A DNA stretch of 64,000 nucleotides from Eledone cirrhosa (taxonomy: Eukaryota). The stretch lies in contig OZ024742.1 in assembly GCA_964016885.1 (NCBI GenBank), positions 206,336,001-206,400,000 of the forward strand, written 5' to 3'. Below are positions 26,725 through 38,644 of this stretch, one piece after another. Position numbers and translations under genes: made by a program. The notes under the pieces were generated by a model that saw only the letters and a list, made by a program, of their open reading frames with translations, was not told the origin of the DNA and did not search any database. Within the stretch, counting starts at the first letter, position 1. Each line of letters begins with the position of its first letter.

Positions 26725-27125
26725 ATAAGTTGACGAGATCAGCATGGATTTCACAGCTAGTACCGGTTTCATCTCAGCATACTCAATAGGTAATGTTAAG
26801 TAAACTCCCAGAGTAGACATATAGTTATTCGCTTTAACTCAACACATGTAAATGGCTCCCTTCAATCTATACCTGAACTCATGTTTCAGCCACACTTAAT
26901 GCAATAGAGTGCACAGCATCCACTGTCTGCATTTATTATGCAACAATCCACAACCGGAACTTGTAGCTTCATCAGCGAATTTTGTTTAATCAATAACCAG
27001 TCGATCAACAGAAATCGATTTCAGTCCTTGCCGGCTATAACTGAATGTGACGGCCTTCACAGTAAAACTTTAGCAACTGAAATCCCTATGTGTCATCACA
27101 ATACTGTCAGTCGATTGGCCTGAGA
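26725..27125 (-). mobile_element. pLTR/retrozyme-like remnant with decayed hammerhead(s)
   Basis: Minus strand: CTGATGA-AGCTACA...(about 75 nt)...TGTGGCT-GAAA-CATG at about 26877-26985 with the cleavage site lost; 3' TACTC/GAGTA hairpin at 26779-26815. Confidence 0.5.
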
Positions 27126-27194
27126 ATTATATTTATTTTTCTTAATTAAATTTAGCTTTTATATCATATTTTATTTTATTTTATATATATATAT

Positions 27195-27508
27195 ATATAA
27201 AGAAAAAAAAGATGAAATCGAAAATGCAACTGGAGTCTTATTTAAAAAAAAATATATATATTTATTTGGTTCCTTTACCGGTTTCGCAGTTCTTCTGCTT
27301 TTCAAAAGAAGAGTTGAGATGGAGGGTCTGTGGTTTTTCTCACATCAACTCTACTTTTGAAAAGCAGAAGAACTGCGAAACCAAATAAATATATATATTT
27401 TTTAAAAAATAAGACTCCAGTCACATTTTTGATTTCATCTTTTTTTCTTTATACATTCACTCGTGTAGGACACCTCGGTTAATTTTCATTTTGTAAAAAA
27501 AATCTCGC

Positions 27509-27515
<7 letters not shown>
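27195..27515. mobile_element. Inverted-duplicated pLTR-like element (same family as 39170-39380) between (TA)n tracts
   Basis: 27195-27317 is the reverse complement of 27346-27452, followed by a roughly 60-nt tail; near-identical to 39170-39380. Confidence 0.85.
27271..27310 (-). ncRNA. Minimal type I hammerhead ribozyme, U3-A8 core variant
   Basis: TTCTT-TTGAAAA-GCAG-AAGAA-CTGC-GAAA-CCGG-TA-AAGGA: stems I and II pair, stem III is palindromic (ACCGGT), GUA site. Confidence 0.75.
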
Positions 27516-27539
<24 letters not shown>

Positions 27540-30500
27540 ATAAAATGATATAAACGATAAATTTAATTAAGAAAAATAAATATAAATCTTAGGCAATCTT
27601 AGCAAATACTGCCAGTAACGACAAAGTATTTCCCTCCAAATTGGTTCCCAGTTGAATTACTTAGATATTGACAGAGGTCAAATCACTATAGAGGAGAATT
27701 TTTGGAGTTCTTGGACTCTATCAGATCCAATTTCCTTGCTGCTTTCCTTATTTATGTTTAGAACATTTGTCATATCTGATTATATTGGATTAATAGCTAG
27801 TGGAGAATTTTGCTTGAATATAACCCTTTTCAACTTTTGAATGATTGCAGAAGCTGGAAGGCACAGCATTTGATAAAGGGTGTGATGATGTAAGAAGTGA
27901 ATTAAAGTGAAAACTGCCTCTGCAGATTGAGAATTTACAACAGTATTCTGAACAGGGTTCTCATTAAATGAAGCTCTATATTGCTTCTAAAAATGAATTG
28001 AAGACCTGATGTTATAGTGAAGGAATGTGAAGGAGAGGCAAAGGTAGATTTGGAGAGAGAAAGAGAATGAATTTATGATTGATGAGGAAAGAATAGATAT
28101 ATGTAACTAGAATGACAACCACTATCACATAGATGGTGTGACCAAAATGATGACCAAAATATGAAAACATATCATTTATATTTTATGTACGATGCATCTG
28201 GTGATTTGTCATCCTATATCACAAACTAATAATTTAACAAATTCTATTTCAGTAGATGTTTTGCAGCCTGTAGATTTCATATATTTTTTTAATGATAACA
28301 TCTGCATAGAGATTGAAGATAGACCCTTTTTTTAATAAAATTTTTTATCTTATATAAGAAGATAATAAATGAAATGAAATGAGAAGATAATAAGAAGATA
28401 ATAAATGAAATATATCCTAAGGAGATTTTGGTCTTGTCATTTTTCTTACAGACATTTTGAAAACTGAACCATATTATAGAGAACATACCTTGTAATCTGT
28501 AAAATTACTACGTGTGCATATATACCTGTGTGTATGCACATGTTTGTGTATATCATCATCACAATGTCTATTTTTCCATGCTAGCATCTGTTAGATGAGT
28601 TGTCCCATTGTGAGACAAGCAGGATCAGATGACTGTGTCTTGCTCATACAGAATATATTTTGGCTTGGTTTCTACAGCCAGGTGCCCTTCCTAATGCCAA
28701 CCACATTTTCAGTGTGTACTGGGTGTTTTATATTGTGACACCAAAATGACCACTTTACAGTGTGGACTGGGTGCTGCTTGTATATATATATGGTTAAATG
28801 TAACTGATGTGGAAAATCAGAAATTACGTTGAGCACTTAGCATAAAAGTGTGTGTATATATAAAAAATATTCTAAAGTAATTTCCATTTCCACCATCAAA
28901 GTTTGTGTTCTTTCTCTGATTTGATATTCACTTAAGACAGCTGACATCTCTTCCTTGCAATAGCTTTTGCATATTATGTCATAAAAAAATAACTGTGTTA
29001 AAGGAAGGTATGGAGAAGAATTAACACACATTATTGCCTGGAACATGACACAAGCAAATTAAAAACTCAAGGTATCAGGACTAACAGCAATAATAAATCA
29101 ATAATTTGAAGACATTGACAGAGTTAGTTCGTTTACAGACAGTGTAATGAATGTTTAATTGGCTTTGTATTTAGGGGTAAAAATATGTATTATCTGAAAT
29201 CAATGCACTTTGGGTTTGAGATACAGAAAAATAACAATCAAAATAACAAATCCTGCATCCATAAGAAAAGGGAGGGACATTTATAAGCTGCTACCTATTT
29301 TCAATATAAAAATATATTCCTGGTGTTAATTTTGATTAAATCCTTTGAAAAGTAAGCCATGCTGGTTCAGGCACATACATCTATGCTGTCGTATTATTGT
29401 TTTCCTTCCTTTCTTTACTTATCTGTCTGTCTTGGTTCAATAAAAAGAGATCTCTTTTTATTGAACCAATATAGTTTCCTGTTTAGAATTTTGTTATAAA
29501 TTCTTAAATTGAAGAATCTGTTCGCAGATCAAGTCACTTTTTCTTTACATTGCAAACAAAGCTTAAAAAGAAAAAAGTAACCCATTTTGGGATTCAAAAT
29601 CAAAATACATAGGAGTGTGACTCAATACTGTAAGATTTTAGTAAAACACTAACTGACTTGCCTTGGTTGTGCATAATACTGATTTCTTATACATGCAGAA
29701 GGCATGGGATATTTTCATTTGAAATAAGTCTTGTATATAACTAATATATGGTTATTGAATCTGTTAAAAATAGCAACCAAATTTACCTAAAATCATACTC
29801 TATTCTTAAAACAGAAAAATCATATTAAATAACATAGTCAAATAAAAGACAAAAACAAAAACTCATCAAAATCCCAATAGGGTTGTGCTATTGATCATTG
29901 ACCTTGCCACTCATAGCTGATATGGAGCTAAACAGTAACAACAACAATTGCAGCAACTGATACTTAGAAAAAATGAAAGCAAAATCTACTCTGGTAAGAT
30001 ATTTACTTTCAGAATAGAAAGAAATGAGACGAAAATGTCAGGCGCTCCAGCTTACTCTGAAATTTTCTGTCTATAAATTGTACAAATTTCTTGTTAATGT
30101 TAAGGCAATGTTTTGCTGGGTAGAAGATATAGTTGATAAAAAAAATTCACAGGTAATCAATATAGTTATTTTATTTTCATCAGAAGAATAATAGACAAAT
30201 TCAACCTTGGTAGGATTTAAACATAGACTGAAACTAAATGCCAAAATGCATATAGATAAGGACTCTGCTATCTCTGTAAGTTCCCCATCCTGTTGATTGA
30301 AAACATGATATTGATTTCTTGTGACAAGGTAGATGGTAGCTTATCTATTGCAGGGAAAGTGATATAGCTGATATCAACTCAACCTTGGCATTTGATTATT
30401 TAGTATATTAACTAACAGATATGAGCCTCGCAAGTTGGAATGGCTCTTCTAATGCGTCTCCCTCACTATTATCCAGGGAAACATCTTCTTTATTCTGTCC

Positions 30501-30623
30501 ACCGGGGCCATGGAGCTGCCAGCGCTTGGGCCCTCATTTGTGGACAATAGTAAGAGATAGGAAGAATGAGAGAGACAGAGGCAGTGACAATGGGAATTTG
30601 ATTCCATTATGTTCAAACCTAAT

Positions 30624-30811
30624 GGCGGTGGATTGGCAGTATCGGTAGAAGGCCGGACGCCATGCTTTGATGCATAGAGTTACGGCCCTTGTCTTTCTGA
30701 GTTCAAATGCCACCGAGGTTAACTTTGCCTTTCATCCTTACGAGGTCGATAAAATAAAGTACCAGTAATGCACTGGGTAATTGCTGGCCTTGTGCCAAAA
30801 AAGTAGAAACA
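30624..30811 (+). mobile_element. SINE family 2 with 18-bp TSD
   Basis: TSD ATTATGTTCA(A/G)ACCTAAT at 30606-30623 and 30812-30829. Confidence 0.88.
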
Positions 30812-31921
30812 ATTATGTTCAGACCTAATATATATGTATATATTTATTTACCACATATACACTTACAAAGAAATGTACGGATTACAATGATTTGAGTGCA
30901 TTCATCGTGCAGAACTGTTTTAAAATATTTTTGAGGAATAAAAGGAAAAAAATTTGACTTTGGTGAGATTTGAACTCGAGGTGAGGTTGGGGAAATAAAG
31001 GTATGAAACAAAAAGCCTTCAGCCTTTATTCCTATTATTCCAACAACTATATATATTCCTATTAGTCTTCCATACTACTGATTTCCAACAGAGAAACAAT
31101 GCTACACAGTGGTAGCAGTGGTGGTGATGGTGGTGGTGTTGGTGGTGGTGTAGCAGCTGATTATACTGACCCCAGCACTTGGCTGATACTTTATTTCATC
31201 AAACTCAGAAATGACTGAAAGTCAATCTTAGCAAGATTTGAATTCCATGTGTAAAGGGATGCAGATAAATACCACAAGGCATTGTCTTTGATACTCTACT
31301 ACTTCTGCTCCTCCATCACTGTAATGTTAAAAAAATCTAAATCAACAAAATATGATACAGTTACAAAAAAAAGAAGAAAAAAACCTATATTAACAACAAA
31401 GAATATTTGATGTCATAAAATCAAAAATAAAAAACATTAGCATATATTTCCTAAGCTCTCCAACAGGAAATAGACATTTTATTTCAAAATATGAAATTTC
31501 CAGAGAGAAATGACTTAAAAACAAAAAAAAATAATAAAAATGAAGAATGGAAAACAATTCCCCCCTCCAATCGGTAATCAACACGAAATACTATGAAGCT
31601 ATGGTGCTTGGGATTCTTCAGAAAATATTTGCTAAGTAAATAAAGAACAGCAACATATCGATGGTTCCAATTTGATGAGATATCTGAGAACAGTTGTCAT
31701 AGAAACTACTGTAAAAAGGTGAGAATGCAATATGTATAGGCATAGGATTTGAGAGGTTGGAGAGAATTATGGAGACAATGATGAAGTAAAATGGTGTATT
31801 CATTTCCATAGAGATGTATCTAAATTTATGTGTGTGAGTTTGTAATATATTTATATGTAATATACATGCATAACATATACTAGCGTATATATATGTGGGT
31901 TACCCCCTTCTCTCTCTCTCT

Positions 31922-31952
<31 letters not shown>

Positions 31953-31969
31953 ATTATATATATATATAT

Positions 31970-32327
31970 GGAGGCACATGGCTTAGTGGTTAGAGCATTG
32001 GCCTTGCAATCGAAAGGTTGTGATTTCAATTCTCAGACCGGGTGATGTGTTGTTTCCTTGAGCAAGACACTTTATTTCACATTGCTTCAGTTTACTCAGC
32101 TGTAGAAATGAGATGATAGGGACTGGGATCCCTATCATTCCACTGCAAAGTGGTCGTGGAGGTGCCACGGCAAAAAAGCACCCAGCACTCACTGTAAATG
32201 AGGTTGGTGATAGGAAGGGCATCCAGCTGTAGAAATCAAGCCAGAATCAGTTCCCGTCCTTGCAAGCAGGGAAAAGCGGACGTATGATGATGATGATGAT
32301 GATGATGATGATAATGATGATGATGAT
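31970..32327 (+). mobile_element. Full-length tRNA-derived CORE-SINE (OR2-like) with RTE 3' tail
   Basis: A box TGGCTTAGTGG, B box-like GATTTCAATTC, CORE-like CCTTGAGCAAGACACTT...CAGTTTACTCAGCTGTAGAAATGAGAT; 3' end shared with RTE copy A; (GAT)n tail. Confidence 0.88.
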
Positions 32328-32499
32328 ATGTATATATAAGCTTGTGCTGTGATGGCGATGAATTTGTTTTGCAAGGTTTTTTATATGAAATTGTGTTGAA
32401 ACACATTGTTATATTTGGGGAGGGTCATATTGTTATAATATTGCCAGAAATATATAATAATGACCAATCTATATTTTTAGCTATTGGTCAGTCAATAAT

Positions 32500-32676
32500 T
32501 GTTTCTACTTTAGGCACAAGGCCAGCAAATACCCAGTACATTACTGGTACTTTATTTTATCGACCCCGTAAGGATGAAAGGCAAAGTTAACCTTGACGGG
32601 ATTTGAACTCAGACCGTAAAAGGACGTAACTATGCTGGAAAGGATGGCGTCCGACTCTCTAGCCAATCCACCGCCC
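32500..32676 (-). mobile_element. SINE family 2 with 16-bp TSD
   Basis: TSD TTGGTCA(G/A)TCAATAAT at 32484-32499 and 32677-32692. Confidence 0.87.
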
Positions 32677-32873
32677 TTGGTCAATCAATAATAAACATTG
32701 ATTGCCAGATAAATTAACTATAGGGATATAAAATATATGGAAGCGGAGACCAACCCAAACCAAGCAGTGAGTGTGTTTTATTATATATTTCTGACAATAT
32801 TATAACATTACGACCCTCCCTAAATATAACAATATATATACACATATATACATATATATATATATACATATAC

Positions 32874-32906
<33 letters not shown>

Positions 32907-32914
32907 CATACATA

Positions 32915-33112
32915 GAGTAAAATGTATGACCCCAACGACGGCAGAGCTCAAGCCGTTTCGACAGCTATTTCTGGTTCAGAAATAGCCATCGAAACGGCTT
33001 GATCTCTGCCGTCGGGGTCATACTTTTTCCTATTACCCACTCTACTATCCTAAGTATTGAGTACTCTGGTGCGTTATGGTCCATCTGGTTCCTTACCACA
33101 ATTCCTTCGTTA
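32915..33112 (+). mobile_element. Fold-back element: about 100-bp palindrome plus about 85-nt tail (short version of 39413-40618)
   Basis: Hairpin 32924-33023; tail TTCCTATTACCCACTCTACTA...CCTTCG shared with 40534-40616. Confidence 0.85.
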
Positions 33113-33431
33113 TTTATATATATATATATTTATATATATATATATATATATATATCATCATTTTACGTCCGCTTTTCCCTGCTTGCATATGTATACATAT
33201 ATCATCTTCATCATCGTATATATATAAAGGAAGGCAAAAACCCGACCATGACAGCAAGGAGTTTTGGCTTGGTATCATGGGTTGGGTTTTTAGCTTCCTC
33301 TATACCCACTCTGCTTTTTCCATACGTAGAGCACTCCTCTGATTTGTGATCACCTTCGTTTCAGCACCACAGACTCTCTCTTTTTGTACATACATAAACA
33401 CACACATACACACACACACACGCACATATAT

Positions 33432-33670
33432 CATCATCATCATCATCATCATCATCATTTTACGTCTGCTTTTCCCTGCTTGCAAGGGTGGGACGGGTCC
33501 TATTCAGCACCGCATCTCTCCACTTGTCACAGTCCTTCGTCATGTCCTCTGTGAGTTTCAGCGATCTTAGGTCTGCTCTCTCTCACCACCTCTGCCCATG
33601 TTTTTCGTGGTCTTCCTCTACTGTGTCTTCCTTCTACTGGGATTTCTTGGCACTTCTTCACCCAGCGGTC
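33432..33670 (-). mobile_element. RTE LINE 3' fragment (copy A family)
   Basis: Near-identical to 19577-19812; (ATG)n tail. Confidence 0.88.
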
Positions 33671-33792
33671 ATATATATATATATATACATGAATGTATCA
33701 ATGGTATATTGCCAAATATACTATACATACATTAATGTATACATCGCTATTTCAGAGCACCAATCCTAATATATATATATATATATATATAT

Positions 33793-34173
33793 AAGAAGAC
33801 CTGGTATGTGGTGATAAAAGCCGACCTTACCCAATTACACCTCTCAAAGGCGATGACACACGACCGTGACCTCTAGCGTCATGCAGTAATACAGAAGACC
33901 CGACCCCCACGGGTACAAGCCGAAGCTGAAGCATATAGACAATATGCCCCCACCTCCTCCCACTGCAAAGTGGTAGTGGAGGTACCACGGCAAAAAAGCA
34001 CCCAGCACTCACTGTAAATGAGGTTGGTGTTAGAAAGGGCATCCAGCTGTAGAAATCAAGCTAGAATCAGTTCCCGTATGAGCAAGACATGGTCAGCCGA
34101 CTGGCTACTGCCCACAACAGGACAACCCGTCTAACTCATGCTAGCGTGGAAGAACGGACGTAAAATGGTGATG

Positions 34174-34176
<3 letters not shown>
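33793..34176 (+). mobile_element. RTE 3' end fragment (copy C family)
   Basis: Homologous to 36424-36845. Confidence 0.88.
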
Positions 34177-34199
<23 letters not shown>

Positions 34200-34204
<5 letters not shown>

Positions 34205-36855
34205 GGAATGTACATCCCAACATAGCTTAGTTGTCAGCGACCTCACGGTCAGAACTAGACGAGCCCTGAAACAGAGGCCAACCTGGAGAAGAAAGATCTG
34301 GAAGCTGAAAGTCCCCTCAACCAGTAACAGATTTAAAGATATTTTACTCAACGCCTACGACAGTAAAGAAGAACAGATAGAGACATTTAACGTAGAAGAG
34401 AACTGGGAGTTCCTAAAAAATAACTTACTAGAGGCGACGGATGAGGTTTGTGGCTGGAGTAAGACCTCAAGCAGGAGGAGAGTGACTTGGTGGTGGAACA
34501 ATAAGGTAGATGAAGCAGTCAAGGCCAAGAGACAGGCATTGAAAGAATGGAAGAACGGGGGAAGCAGGGTACATTACATAGAGACCAAGAGGGAAGCTAG
34601 GCAACAAGTATACTTAGCTAGGAGGGAAGCAGAGGATAGAAAATTCAAGCATGTTTTACAACGTGAGGACCAGAAACAGGAGGTATTCAAGATTGCGAGG
34701 CAGTGTGTCAGAGATAGTTGTGATGTCATTGGAGAGAAGTGTATCCGGAATGATAAAGGTGAGCTTGCCCTCACAAGTTCTGAGAAGAAAGATGCATGGA
34801 AGAGTCATTATGATAGATTACTAAATGAGGAGAATGCATGGGAAGAAGAGACCCTACCCCACGTAGACCCCTATAGAGGGACCAGCAGTACAAGTCAGCG
34901 TCAGCGTAGTAAGTAAGGCAATCAGAGATATGAAGATAGGGAAGGCAACCGGTCCATCGGGTATAGCTGCCGAGATGCTGAAGGCATCTGGGTCTGTAGG
35001 TCACACTATAACCACACGTATCGTTAACCAGGTAATACTAGAGGGGGCCATACCAAAAGATTGGTGCAGTAGCATCATTGTCAACTGCTACAAAGGTAAA
35101 GGCGATGCACTAGATAGAGGAAACTATAGAGGTATAAAGTTGATGGACCAGGTCATGAAAGTAACAGAAAGAGTTATAGCACAGCTGATTAGGGACCGGG
35201 TGAATATAGACGAGATGCAATTTGGGTTTGTACCAGGGAAAGGCACCACTGATGCCCTCTTCCTTGTGAGGCAATTACAGGAAAAGTACCTAGCTAAAAG
35301 TAAGCCACTCTACTTGGCATTTGTCGACCTTGAGAAAGCCTTTGACAGAGTACCACGTGCAGTAATCTGGTGGGCTCTTAGAAAACTAGGAGTAGATGAA
35401 TGGCTTGTGAAAGCAGTACAAGCCATGTATAGGGGAGCAGTCAGCAAAGTTAGGATTGGCAATGAGTATAGCGAGGAATTTAGCGTACAGGTTGGGGTCC
35501 ACCAGGGCTCTGTTCTTAGCCCTCTCCTGTTCATCATAGTCCTGCAGGCAATAACAGAGGAGTTTAAGACCGGATGCCCATGGGAACTCCTGTATGCTGA
35601 TGACCTCGCACTCATAGCTGAATCTATGGTAGAACTAGAGAATAAATTCCAAACCTGGAAGCAGGGACTAGAGAGAAAGGGCCTCAAAGTCAACATGACA
35701 AAGACTAAGGTCCTTATAAGTAGACGAGAAAACAGAACCCAGATCCCCTCAGGGAAATGGCCTTGCTCAGTATGTAGGAAAGGTGTAGGTAGGAACTCCA
35801 TTCTCTGCCCCAAATGCAAACAATGGGTACACAAGAGATGTAGCGGGATCTCAGGAAGCTTAATTAAGAATGTAGGATTCACATGCAGCAGCTGTGCTGA
35901 AACAGCAAGCAAACAGCCACAGGAAACAAGTACCACCAATCTCTGGGAGGGCCCTGTAGAAACAGTAGACAGCTTCTGCTACCTAGGTGACCGAATTAGC
36001 AACGGAGGTGGGTGCTCAGAAAGTACAATAACTAGGGTAAGAACAGGATGGAAGAAGTTTAGGGAACTACTACCACTGCTAGCTGCAAAAGGCTTCTCCC
36101 TCAGAATGAAAGGCAGACTGTATGATGCGTGTATCCGAACAGCGATGTTGCATGGTAGTGAGACCTGGGCGCTGAAGGTGGAAGACTTACGTAGATTAGA
36201 GAGAAACGAAGCCTGCATGCTCCGATGGATGTGTAACAGTAATATACGTGAACGACAAAGCATAAAGGAATTGAGAGAGAGACTGAGCATAAGAGGAATC
36301 AAATGCTGCGTGCAGGAGAGGCGGTTACGCTGGTATGGACATGTGATGCGTATGAAGGATGACAGCTGCATAAAAAGGTGCAGAGCACTAGAAGTTGATG
36401 GAAACCGCGGAGTGGGGAGACCCAAGATGACTTGGGATGAGGTGATAAAAGCCGACCTTACCCAACTACACCTCTCAAAGTCAATGACACACGACCGTGA
36501 CTTCTGGCGTCACGCAGTAATACAGGGTACCCGACCTCCCATGGGTACATGCTGAAGCATATAAACAATATGCCCCCCCCCCCCCACCGCAAGGTGGTCG
36601 TGGAGGTGCCACGGCAAAAAAGCACCCAGCCCACACTGTAAAGTGGACGTGTAGGCGCCACGAAAAAGCACCCAGCACTCACTGTAAATGAGGTTGGTGT
36701 TAGGAAGGGCATCCAGCTGTAGAAATCAAGCCAGATCAGTTCCTGTATGAGCAAGGCATGGTCAGCCGACCAGACACTGCCCACAACAGGACAACCCGTC
36801 TAACCCATGCTAGCGTGGAAGAACGGACGTAAAACGGTGATGATGATGATGATGA

Positions 36856-36859
<4 letters not shown>
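34200..36859 (+). mobile_element. 5'-truncated RTE LINE (copy C)
   Basis: Starts at the end of the APE domain (EECTSQHSLVVSDL); one frameshift near 34870; RT ORF, 3' UTR, (GAT)n tail; (TA)n flanks. Confidence 0.95.
34930..36555 (+). CDS. RTE reverse transcriptase with PHD-like finger
   Basis: 541-aa ORF with FVDLEKAFD, GVHQGSVLSPLLF, LLYADD and C4HC3 motif; closely similar to the copy B protein. Confidence 0.92.
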   Translation: MKIGKATGPSGIAAEMLKASGSVGHTITTRIVNQVILEGAIPKDWCSSIIVNCYKGKGDALDRGNYRGIKLMDQVMKVTERVIAQLIRDRVNIDEMQFGFVPGKGTTDALFLVRQLQEKYLAKSKPLYLAFVDLEKAFDRVPRAVIWWALRKLGVDEWLVKAVQAMYRGAVSKVRIGNEYSEEFSVQVGVHQGSVLSPLLFIIVLQAITEEFKTGCPWELLYADDLALIAESMVELENKFQTWKQGLERKGLKVNMTKTKVLISRRENRTQIPSGKWPCSVCRKGVGRNSILCPKCKQWVHKRCSGISGSLIKNVGFTCSSCAETASKQPQETSTTNLWEGPVETVDSFCYLGDRISNGGGCSESTITRVRTGWKKFRELLPLLAAKGFSLRMKGRLYDACIRTAMLHGSETWALKVEDLRRLERNEACMLRWMCNSNIRERQSIKELRERLSIRGIKCCVQERRLRWYGHVMRMKDDSCIKRCRALEVDGNRGVGRPKMTWDEVIKADLTQLHLSKSMTHDRDFWRHAVIQGTRPPMGTC

Positions 36860-36888
<29 letters not shown>

Positions 36889-36890
<2 letters not shown>

Positions 36891-37491
36891 TGATAAAAGC
36901 CGAACTTACCCAATTGCACCTCTCAAATCAAATGCTGTGTGCAGGAGAAGAGGTTGCGTTGGTATGGACATGTGATGCGTATGAAGGATGACAGCTGCAT
37001 AAAAAGGTGCAGAGCACTAGAAGTCAATGGAAGCTGCGGGGTGGGAAGACCCAAGAAGACCCGAGATGAGGTGATAAAAGCTTACCTTACCCAATTGCAC
37101 CTCTGAAAGGCAATGACACACGACCGTGACCTCTGACGTCACGCAGTAATACAGAAGACCCCCCCCCCCACGTGTACAAGCCGAAGCTGAAGCATATAAA
37201 CAATATGCACCCCCCTCTCCCACTGCAACGTGGTCATGTAGTGCCACGGCAAAAAATCACCCATCGCACACTGTAAAGTGGATGTGTAGGCGTCACGTGA
37301 AAAAAGCACTCACCATTCACTGTAAATGAGGTTGGTGTTAGGAAGGGTATCCAGCTGTAGAAATCAAGCCAGAATCAATTCCTGTATGAGCAAGACATGG
37401 TCAGCCAACCGGGCACTGCCCACAACAGGACAACCCGTCTAACCCATGCTAGCGTGGAATAAGGGACATAAAACGATGATGATAATGATGA
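36889..37491 (+). mobile_element. RTE 3' fragment (copy C family) with rearranged 5' junction
   Basis: 36928-37490 is homologous to 36299-36850; 36889-36927 repeats a downstream segment. Confidence 0.88.
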
Positions 37492-38112
37492 TATTTGTGT
37501 ATGTGTGTGTGTCTGTGTATAACATCTATTTTCCATGCTTTAATGGGTTAGGCAAACTGTCCCATTATTTGCCTAGACAGGTCAGGTGATCATGCTTTGC
37601 TCATATGTTCTGATTTTGACTTTGTTTTCTATGGTTGGCTGCAAGGTGGGCCTGAGTAATGTTTGTCATGGTAGCAGTTTGGCCACCCTATATGGTGAAC
37701 TGGGTGCTTTGTCACGGTGGTAGCACTACCATCTTACAGAGTGGACTGGATGCCTTTTGTCCTGGCACCAGTCCTACATCTTTAATATATATATATATAT
37801 ATAAACATATTTTGATATGGTCATGCTGATTGCATGAAAAAAGCACCCAGTTAATCCTGTAGGAGTCACAGTAAAAAGGGCCCAGCCCACACTGGTTGTG
37901 TAGGTGTCACACCAAAAAGCACTCAGCACACACTGTAAATGTAGTTGCCGCTAGGAAGGACATCCAGCTATAGAAACCAAGCCAAAATCAGATCTGTGTG
38001 AGCAAAACACGGTCCTCCAACCTGGATGTCTCACAATGGGACAGCACGCCCTACCCATGCTAGTGTGGAAAATGGACGTTAAGTAATGATGATCATGATG
38101 ATGATATATATA

Positions 38113-38392
38113 TCATCATCATCATCATTTCACGTCCGCTTTTTCCCTGCTTGCAATTGTGGGTGGGACGGGAAGTGATTCTGGCTTGATTTCTACACCT
38201 GGATGCCCTTCCTAACGCCAACCTCATTTACAGTGAGTGCTGGGTGCTTTTTTTCCGTGGCACCTCCACGACAACTTTGCAGTGGAACAGCTGAGTTAAC
38301 TGGAGCAATGTGAAATAAAGTGTCTTGCTCAAGGAAACAACACATCACCCGGTCTGAGAATTGAACTCACAACCTTTCGGTCTCAAGTGCCT
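38113..38392 (-). mobile_element. CORE-SINE, partial
   Basis: Reverse complement matches 32010-32300. Confidence 0.85.
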
Positions 38393-38644
38393 CAATTATA
38401 TATATAATTATATATAATGTAGGAGGTGAGTTTTATTGTAGCACAATAAAGCAATGCAAATATCGGATAAGTAGCACTCAACAATTTATTGGACTGGAGT
38501 ATATATAAGAAGAAATTAAAAGATGGTTAAAAAAGTTCCATGTATTTTATTATGCACATTTCAAAAACAAATATCATCCCGGGAGACATGATATGAAGTT
38601 TAAAAAATAACACTTGTGAGCAAGGTAGTGTCTAATCAAATACG

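Noticed and set aside
27005-27065. Minus-strand CTGTGA-AGGCC...GGACT-GAAA-TCGA-TT motif
   Set aside because: Core lacks one base and stem I does not pair.
27600-28080. Possible very old LINE relic on the minus strand
   Set aside because: Only faint motif resemblance; cannot be supported without an alignment.
28452-28495. Possible plus-strand exon (DILKTEPYYREHTL*) after TTTTCTTACAG
   Set aside because: Too short, with no partner exon or recognisable homology.
31970-32045. tRNA gene
   Set aside because: tRNA-like head of a SINE; continues into the CORE domain and lacks a full cloverleaf.
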